The position numbers were made by a program, and so were the translations under genes. Below, in pieces: positions 1-5,777 of a stretch of DNA of 5,777 nucleotides. Position 1 is the stretch's first letter; each line of letters begins with the position of its first letter. The notes beneath the pieces are model-generated. The model worked only from the letters and a program-made list of their open reading frames with translations, had not been told where the DNA came from and did no database searches. The DNA comes from Octopus sinensis (taxonomy: Eukaryota), in the NCBI RefSeq assembly GCF_006345805.1, contig NW_021829829.1, positions 1 to 5,777 of the forward strand. The letters are read 5' to 3'.

Positions 1-211
1 TAGAACAGGTGTGTGTGTACGTAGTCTTTTTACTTATTATATATTGTTTATTCATTTTTGTTAATTTTTTGTACCTTTTGTGATCTAGTTATATGTGTTA
101 TAATATATTTTATTTTTCTTTATGATTTAGTTTATATCTATCATCGTTTGAATTACCTAATTTGATTTTATACTAATTGAATTTTCCCTGTAATTTGGGA
201 GTTATACTTCC

Positions 212-214
<3 letters not shown>

Positions 215-249
<35 letters not shown>

Positions 250-328
250 TATATATATATATAAGATAGCGACAAATTTATCTATCACACAACTATATAT
301 ATATATATAATATATATATATATATATA
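215..328. repeat. (TA)n microsatellite tracts (~215-260 and ~294-328) interrupted by a 35-bp unique segment
   Basis: Alternating TA read directly, with occasional single-base interruptions. Confidence 0.95.
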
Positions 329-362
329 GTGTGTGTGATGGATAAATTGTCGTATCTTATAT
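259..362. repeat. Inverted repeat: arms ~259-297 and ~325-362 around a (TA)n spacer
   Basis: Left arm ATATAAGATAGCGACAAATTTATCTATCACACAACTATA versus reverse complement of the right arm ATATAAGATACGACAATTTATCCATCACACACACTATA; they differ by a few indels and a substitution. Confidence 0.9.
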
Positions 363-1180
363 TCTGAATTTCGAGCATGCGCATTGTCTGTCTTGGTTTT
401 GTCGACTACACAGTATTGTAGGATCAGTTGGGCACCGTCTGTGATAAAAACCACACCATGGCGCAATTCAGAAATTTGGAAACGACATGCCGTACTGCTT
501 CGCATTCGAAGAGGAAGCTCCTATACGAACATTTCACAGTGTTTGGGAGTCAATCTGAGGACGTGTACCAAGTGTGATAACAATCAAACATCCAATCAAC
601 ATCTTGGTGTTTGGAGTGATCACTAGTGATGGTGATGTTATGCCTCCATTAATCTTCCCACACAGCTTCAGACAGAACACGGAGGCCTACATCAAGTGCC
701 TAGAGGAGGTAGTGCAGCCCTGGGTCAAGAGGGAGACTGCTGGAAGACTCTATGTCTGGCAACAGGACTCTACACCATCCCACGCAAGCAGAATCCAGTT
801 ATGGCTGTCAGACAATTTCTGAGACCACATCATCCCTAGCATGTAACCACCTTACTCTCCAGACTGCAACACCCTTGATTATTGTGTGTGTGTGTGGAGG
901 TGGGGAGCGCAGATGAGTGAGAGCCCGATAAAGCTACTTGTAACACAAAAGATGAACTGAAGGCAAGAATTTTGGCAGCATTGACAAACTTAAACAAGGA
1001 GACTGCCCAGAAGTGTTACGGGAGATTCCGAAGTCGTATGGTGTCCATGGCTGAAGCCAATGGCTATTATATTGAATAAATATACTCATTTAGTATTTCG
1101 AAATATTTTTTTATGTAATTTTGGTAAATATATTTTAAAATGAGATATCAATGTTATTTTCATTTTTGCGTAATTTAGAC
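327..1180 (+). mobile_element. Degenerate, internally deleted Tc1/mariner DNA transposon (DD37D/maT-like); left TIR-like end present, right TIR not visible
   Basis: Begins right after a (TA)n tract (TA is the Tc1/mariner target) with TAGTGTGTGTGATGGATAAATTGTC, resembling CAG(G/T)GTG-type TIR starts. A ~130-bp leader precedes transposase remnants at 458-1079, then an AT-rich trailer to ~1180. No reverse complement of the left end is seen after 1180, so the right boundary is approximate. Confidence 0.85.
458..1079 (+). pseudogene. Tc1/mariner (DD37D-like) transposase pseudogene with frameshifts, two in-frame stops and a large internal deletion
   Basis: ATG at 458 (ACACCATGG), then a frameshift into an HTH-like N-terminus EIWKRHAVLLRIRRGSSYTNISQCLGVNLRT. 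From ~565 another frame reads VPSVITIKHPINILVFGVITSDGDVMPPLIFPHSFRQNTEAYIKCLEEVVQPWVKRETAGRLYVWQQDSTPSHASRIQLWLSDNF*DHIIPSM*PPYSPDCNTLDY, matching the WQQD(S/G)APxH and WPPxSPDLNPLDY catalytic motifs (stops at 820-822 and 844-846). After a frameshift near 897-927 it reads DKATCNTKDELKARILAALTNLNKETAQKCYGRFRSRMVSMAEANGYYIE* (TAA 1077-1079), a typical Tc1/mariner C-terminus. Confidence 0.9.
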
Positions 1181-1217
1181 TTAATTAAATTAGTTATTTA
1201 TGCAAGTTAATTATACA

Positions 1218-1320
1218 TATATATACAAATACATACATAGATACACACATACATACATATGTACCTAAATGCAAAAAAACATACATAATACATACATACA
1301 TACATACATACATACATACA

Positions 1321-1350
<30 letters not shown>
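1218..1350. repeat. (TACA)n tetranucleotide microsatellite; perfect run 1289-1350, degenerate upstream
   Basis: About 15 consecutive perfect TACA units, preceded by degenerate TACA/TACAC units. Confidence 0.95.
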
Positions 1351-1352
<2 letters not shown>

Positions 1353-1373
1353 AGAGCAAAAAGATACGGGCAC

Positions 1374-1405
<32 letters not shown>

Positions 1406-1408
<3 letters not shown>

Positions 1409-1643
1409 AAAAAGTACAAACTGGGACAAGAACGCAAAACATTTAGAAGACGATACAAAGAACACGGACGCTTAGATTTTCCTTTGGGGCTGGCAGATCG
1501 GAGCAATCTCAAGATTAATCAGCCGAAATTGCGAGGATGATCCGGTTCTTGACTGAAGATTGAAGGCTTCGAATGTCCGTCCGTGTTTTTTGTATCGGCT
1601 GCTAAATGTTTTGCGTTCTTGTCCCAATTTGTATTTGTTTTAC
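1406..1643. mobile_element. Small non-autonomous fold-back element (MITE-like, or an inverted terminal fragment of a retroelement) with ~65-bp inverted arms, embedded in (TA)n
   Basis: Arm 1406-1470 GTAAAAAAGTACAAACTGGGACAAGAACGCAAAACATTTAGAAGACGATACAAAGAACACGGACG versus reverse complement of 1578-1643 GTAAAACAAATACAAATTGGGACAAGAACGCAAAACATTTAGCAGCCGATACAAAAAACACGGACG: 5 mismatches and 1 gap, with a 25-bp perfect core. The spacer is 107 bp, and (TA)n lies on both sides. The inverted repeat is certain; the element class is inferred. Confidence 0.7.
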
Positions 1644-1664
1644 ATATATATATATATACATACA

Positions 1665-1703
<39 letters not shown>

Positions 1704-1711
1704 ATATATAG

Positions 1712-1756
<45 letters not shown>

Positions 1757-1762
1757 CATACG
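1644..1762. repeat. Compound (TA)n/(CA)n microsatellite
   Basis: TA run, then (CA)n at ~1668-1694, then further TA runs. Confidence 0.95.
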
Positions 1763-1944
1763 TCGTATATGTACCGACTCATTTATATACTGGCACGCAT
1801 ATTAGGAAGACGTGTGTGTTTGCGATGTGCTTCAAGGTCGCCATCCTGAGACCATTAACAGTAGACATCAACCATATCGGACAATGAAACTACCATATTT
1901 CTGCCGACTTGCAAAGCACTTCCGTCCTCTATTATTTCTGCCCT

Positions 1945-2590
1945 CAAACCACCTCCATCCACGACCACCATCACAAATATCGCCACCCACCCATGGCTAT
2001 CGCTGCAACACTCGACTACCATCATCTAGATCTTCCCGCTACGGAAACTAACGGCGATGACAACAACCGACACCACCACCACTATTTCTACTACTACTAC
2101 CACCACCACCACCACAACCACCACAACCAACACCACCACCACCATCATCCCCCACTAATACCACTGCCACTATCACCACTATCATCACCTTCACCATCAG
2201 CATCACCACCATCACTAGTACCATCACTACCCCCATCACCACCACCGCCACCAACACCACACTACCACCATCACCACCACCATCACCACAACCATCATCA
2301 CCACCATTCCCACCACTACCATCCCCTCTATCACCAACAACACTACCACCACTACCACCGCCACCACCATCACTGCCACTACCACTATCACCATCACTAT
2401 CACCACCACCACCAGCACCAGCACCATTACCATCACCACTATTATTATTACAATCAACTGAACCCCTAACACTACCCCTCTGCAAGCACCACAAGCACAG
2501 CCCAACACCCCCTAATCCTAGAGAGCAACCTACCCCGTTCATCCACCACCCCATCACAGCATTAGCCACTCCCGCTCCCTGCGCCACCCA
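1945..2590. repeat. Degenerate trinucleotide low-complexity block, (CAC/CAT/TAC)n on the + strand
   Basis: Mixed CAC, CAT, TAC and CAA triplets in long in-phase runs; source of the His-, Thr- and Pro-rich ORFs. Confidence 0.9.
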
Positions 2591-2764
2591 AACACCGCGC
2601 CGCCTTCAGTGAAATCAATTAATCTAATAATGAAGAAAAGAACTGTGTGACTTGTGGTGGAGAGGTCATATGTGGAAGCGCATAGTAATACGGCAAGACA
2701 AACACCGTAGCATACACACCCATACACATTTATTTATACAGTGCTGGGCGTGTTTTGTGTATGA

Positions 2765-2773
2765 TTAGGTATA

Positions 2774-2827
<54 letters not shown>

Positions 2828-2849
2828 GTGGTGTGTGTGTGTGTGTGCA

Positions 2850-2893
<44 letters not shown>

Positions 2894-2966
2894 ACGCACT
2901 TTATGTGTGTGTGTAAGTGGGAGCATGCATATATATGTATATATGTATGTATGATAAAAATATATA

Positions 2967-3004
<38 letters not shown>

Positions 3005-3250
3005 ATGAATATGCATATATATGTATTTACGTGTGTGTGCATATATAACATATATGCATATATGTATGTGTGTGTTTATGTATATGTATTCATATACATA
3101 TACATATGTATATATATTTGTGTGTGTGTATATATATGAATACACACACACACACACATACACACACATATATATGTATATGTATGGATGTATTTATGTA
3201 TGTATAAGTGTACGTTGATACTCACATACATATGTGTGTATGTGTGTGCA
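2765..3250. repeat. Long compound (TA)n/(TG)n/(CA)n/(TATG)n microsatellite block
   Basis: Almost entirely alternating purine-pyrimidine dinucleotides over ~490 bp. Confidence 0.95.
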
Positions 3251-3416
3251 TTGCACAAGGGACACACTTGTATTTAACTTGACTTCGTCTGTCAATCGAT
3301 TATGTAAACACGAAGGTCATGAGATCGTTCTCCGCTTCCTACTTAACAGACGTCCACTATTTGTAATTGTTAACCAGATAATGGCTTTTGTCTCTCTCTC
3401 TCTCTTCCTCTGGCGG

Positions 3417-3775
3417 CTAGTGGTGGTGGCGGTGGTGTTTGTGTTGCTGGGTTAGGTGGTGGTCGGTGGTGGTGTTGCTGTCTGTTGTTGTTGTTGGTGG
3501 TGATGGTGGCGCCGAATCGTCAATAACGTCTTTGCTCTTCGCGGCGATGGCGGCAGGGTGACAGTGGGGGGAGTCATTGCCGGTGGTGGCATTGATGGCG
3601 GCAGTAGCGATGGCCACGGTTGGCGGTGGTGGTGATGGTATGCGTGGTGACGCGGGGCAGTAATTGGGGATGTGACATCAGTGGAAGTGGTCCCGTGTAC
3701 TGTTAACGTGCTGACGACAGTAGGCGGCGGCGGCGACGACGGGGGGGGGCTTTATTGGAGGCGGCGGCGGTAGCC
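3417..3775. repeat. Degenerate (GGT/GGC/GTT)n low-complexity block
   Basis: GGT, GGC and GTT triplet runs on the + strand, interspersed with unique sequence. Confidence 0.75.
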
Positions 3776-3899
3776 TTAATGGCGATATGTTATTGTTGTT
3801 GTTGCGATTGAGCTTCCGCTATAGATTTCCCTGTTGATGGTCTTGCGGTGCCGAGGATCTTGTTTAAGTCTGATATTGGTGTTAATGCCACTGGCAGTG

Positions 3900-4240
3900 G
3901 AAATGGTGTGGTGTTGGCATGGTGGTCTATCGGACGGGAAGGGGGTATTAGCGATGGTAGTGGTGGTGGTGGTGGTGGTGGTGATGTGTTTACTTAGTTG
4001 GTGGGGGAGTGCAGTATTGGTCTGGTGGCGTGTTGGGATGGTAATGGGTGCGATACATGTCAGAAGGAAGTTATTTTGTCTTCGTTTATTGATAAAGGAG
4101 TCGATCAATTTTCGTTTTCCTGAATTATCGCATTGATGGTGATGGTTCCGATGATGGTAATGACGATGGTAATGATGATGTAGATGACGATGAAGATGTT
4201 GATGGCAGTAATGATGGAGATGGTGATGGTGGTAGTAGTA
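3900..4240. repeat. Degenerate (GGT/GAT)n low-complexity blocks
   Basis: (GGT)n at ~3960-3985 and (GAT/GGT/GAC)n at ~4135-4240. Confidence 0.75.
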
Positions 4241-4286
4241 TTTACCTGGTTGTAATAACGGATGTGGTGAAAACGACAATGCTTCT

Positions 4287-4304
4287 ACTACTAGTACTAC
4301 AACA

Positions 4305-4375
<71 letters not shown>
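4287..4375. repeat. (TAC)n microsatellite, left of the SINE
   Basis: Long near-perfect TAC run, with one 1-bp deletion near 4344. Confidence 0.95.
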
Positions 4376-4379
<4 letters not shown>

Positions 4380-4382
4380 TTA

Positions 4383-4584
4383 ATAATCTTTTCTATCTAC
4401 TATAGGCACAAGGCTCGAAATTTTGGGGGAGGGGACGAGTCGATTCATCGACCCCAGTGTTACACTGGTACTTAATTTATCGACCTCGAAAGGATGAATG
4501 GCAAAGATGACCACGGCGGAATTTGAACTTACAATGTAGCGACAGGCGATATACCGCTAAGTATTTCGTCCAGCTCACTGCCTT
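4383..4584 (-). mobile_element. tRNA-derived SINE, near full length (octopus-type family); 5' head appears internally shortened
   Basis: The minus strand reads AAGGCAGTGAGCTGGACGAAATACTTAGCGGTATATCGCC...AAGTTCAAATTCCGCCGTGGTCATCTTTGCCATTCATCCTTTCGAGGTCGATAAATTAAGTACCAGTGTAACACTGGGGTCGATGAATCGACTCGTCCCCTCCCCCAAAATTTCGAGCCTTGTGCCTATAGTAGATAGAAAAGATTATTA. It has a Pol III B-box-like GTTCAAATTCC (+ 4518-4528), a tRNA-like start GGCAGTGAGCTGG and an ATT-type tail, and a second homologous copy lies in the same window. The family assignment is from memory of octopus SINEs. Confidence 0.85.
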
Positions 4585-4592
4585 ACTACCAT

Positions 4593-4663
<71 letters not shown>

Positions 4664-4718
4664 TTCACTTCTACTACTACTACTACTACTTCTACTTCTA
4701 CTACTACTACTACTACTG

Positions 4719-4755
<37 letters not shown>
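4585..4755. repeat. (TAC)n microsatellite (4585-4716) followed by (ATA)n (~4720-4755)
   Basis: Read directly from the sequence. Confidence 0.95.
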
Positions 4756-4760
4756 TACAC

Positions 4761-4897
4761 TCTGAGGTTGACTATGCTTTCATCCCCCCGGGATCGATAA
4801 ATGAAGTACCAGTGAAACACTGAGGTCGAGCAAATCGAATGTCCCTCTCCCTCAAATTTCAGTCCTTGCGCCTATAGTAGAAATTATTATTATTATT
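4761..4897 (+). mobile_element. 5'-truncated second copy of the same SINE family
   Basis: CTGAGGTTGACTATGCTTTCATCCCCCCGGGATCGATAAATGAAGTACCAGTGAAACACTGAGGTCGAGCAAATCGAATGTCCCTCTCCCTCAAATTTCAGTCCTTGCGCCTATAGTAGAAATTATTATTATTATT aligns by hand at roughly 75% over ~120 bp to the reverse complement of 4396-4515. It ends in an (ATT)n tail and lacks the B-box and tRNA head. Confidence 0.85.
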
Positions 4898-4899
4898 AA

Positions 4900-5460
4900 G
4901 CTGCTGCTGCTGCTGATGATGATGATGATGCGGAAAATACTGATAACGATGATCAGGATGACGATGATAATGATGATGATTATGATAATGATGCTGACGA
5001 TGACGATGACAATGGCTGTGTCGATGGTTATAATGATGTCGAGATTGGCATTATAGTCAGAATGTTTGCTATTATGATGGACAGAGAGAGGCAAGCAAAA
5101 GTCAAGTAGCAATGGCTGACAAGACACCGCTGGTGATGGAGATAATGATGATGATGATGACGATGATGATGATGATGAAGATGAAGATTTAGTGATGGAG
5201 TTGTAGTGATGGTAGTGTATGAAGAGTTTGCTTGTGTGAGGTGGTGACATTATCTGGCGATGTTTTACCAGGATGACTGCCAAATGGTAGTGGTGGTAGT
5301 GGTGGCGGTGGTGGTGGTGGTGGCGGTGGTGGTGGTGGTAGTTGTGCAGGTGGTGTCGGTGGGAGTAGCGTGTAATTGAAGTGTGTGGTGGCGGGTGAGG
5401 AAGGAAAGAAATGGTGTGTGTGTGTGTGTGCTGGTGGTGGTGATGGGAGGGAGAGGTGTA
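4900..5460. repeat. Degenerate (CTG)/(GAT)/(GGT)n low-complexity block with a short (TG)n
   Basis: CTG run at 4901-4914 grading into GAT/GAC runs, (GAT)n at ~5143-5188, (GGT)n at ~5285-5340 and (TG)n at ~5415-5430. Confidence 0.85.
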
Positions 5461-5574
5461 TCTGTTGGGGGTACAATTGCCTGAGATTGAGCAAATGATC
5501 ATATGTATTTCAATAATAAAAACCTTGGGAAATTTAAAGGCTGTTTTTCTTTACGGTTTGATATCACTGCAACC

Positions 5575-5777
5575 GAAAAAAAAAAAGAGAAAAAAGAAAC
5601 AGAAAATGAAGAGAAAAGTATAAATAAATAAAATAAAATAAAATAAAAAGTACACCACCACCATAAAACAACTATAAAACAACAACCTACTGATACTACT
5701 GGTGATGATGATGATGACGACGATGACGACGATGTTGATGATGAGGAAGATGATGATGATGAGGATGATGATGATGA
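5575..5777. repeat. A-rich/(TAAAA)n tract (~5575-5650), followed by CAC/CAA and (GAT)n repeats running off the window end
   Basis: Read directly from the sequence. Confidence 0.85.

Noticed and set aside
384-822. ORFs 384-626 and 574-822 as two independent small genes
   Set aside because: Both are frameshifted fragments of the same dead transposase; the catalytic motif continues past the stop at 820-822.
1171-1215. Right TIR and TA target duplication of the mariner-like element
   Set aside because: No reverse complement of the left terminal sequence follows TAATTTAGAC; the end appears truncated.
1545-1585. Hammerhead ribozyme-like core CTGAAGA-TTGAAGGCTTC-GAA
   Set aside because: The required GAAA is GAAT, and I find no convincing stem I or stem III pairing around a UH cleavage site. 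It is not callable as a ribozyme and is kept only as a hint in the fold-back element finding.
1909-2469. 186-aa His/Pro-rich ORF (and antisense Gly/Val-rich ORFs 2048-2587 and 2236-2508) as a metal-binding or structural protein
   Set aside because: It is the translation of a degenerate CAC/CAT/TAC repeat that lacks stops in several frames on both strands. It starts at TTG, has no domain or supported splice structure, and similar blocks recur throughout the window.
2765-3267. YI/CV/HT-repeat ORFs (also 293-505, 1194-1442, 1207-1512 and 1519-1782)
   Set aside because: Direct translations of (TA)n, (TG)n, (CA)n and (TACA)n microsatellites.
4500-4584. Functional tRNA gene on the minus strand
   Set aside because: Only a B-box-like motif and a partial head are present, no cloverleaf can be drawn, and the sequence continues into SINE body shared with the second copy.
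3776-5502. His-rich and homopolymer ORFs 3776-4279, 3834-4136, 4477-4668, 4523-4765, 4852-5502 and 5189-5494
   Set aside because: They are poly-H, S, L, T, I or P runs produced by trinucleotide microsatellites; some run through SINE sequence. There is no coding signal.
1-5777. CRISPR array or prokaryotic operon-like system
   Set aside because: There are no regularly spaced direct repeats with unique spacers and no prokaryote-like genes; the content is eukaryotic repeat DNA.

Overview
Eukaryotic, AT-rich, repeat-saturated non-coding DNA. The repeat families and the extreme microsatellite load look like an octopus (coleoid cephalopod) genome; this is recognition from memory, not a database result. 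I find no intact protein-coding gene. Contents: (i) a decayed, internally deleted Tc1/mariner transposon of the DD37D (maT)-like type at ~327-1180, whose left end is mirrored by an inverted copy across a (TA)n tract; (ii) a 238-bp fold-back element with ~65-bp, ~91% identical inverted arms between (TA)n tracts at 1406-1643; (iii) two diverged copies of one tRNA-derived SINE family in inverted orientation (4383-4584 minus, 4761-4897 plus), separated by (TAC)n/(ATA)n; (iv) large compound di- and trinucleotide simple-repeat blocks, which explain almost all the listed His-rich, Val-rich and Tyr/Ile-rich ORFs. The sequence does not support a new gene system. The best leads are structural: three separate fold-back configurations and conserved SINE hairpins. 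Some indels may be sequencing errors.
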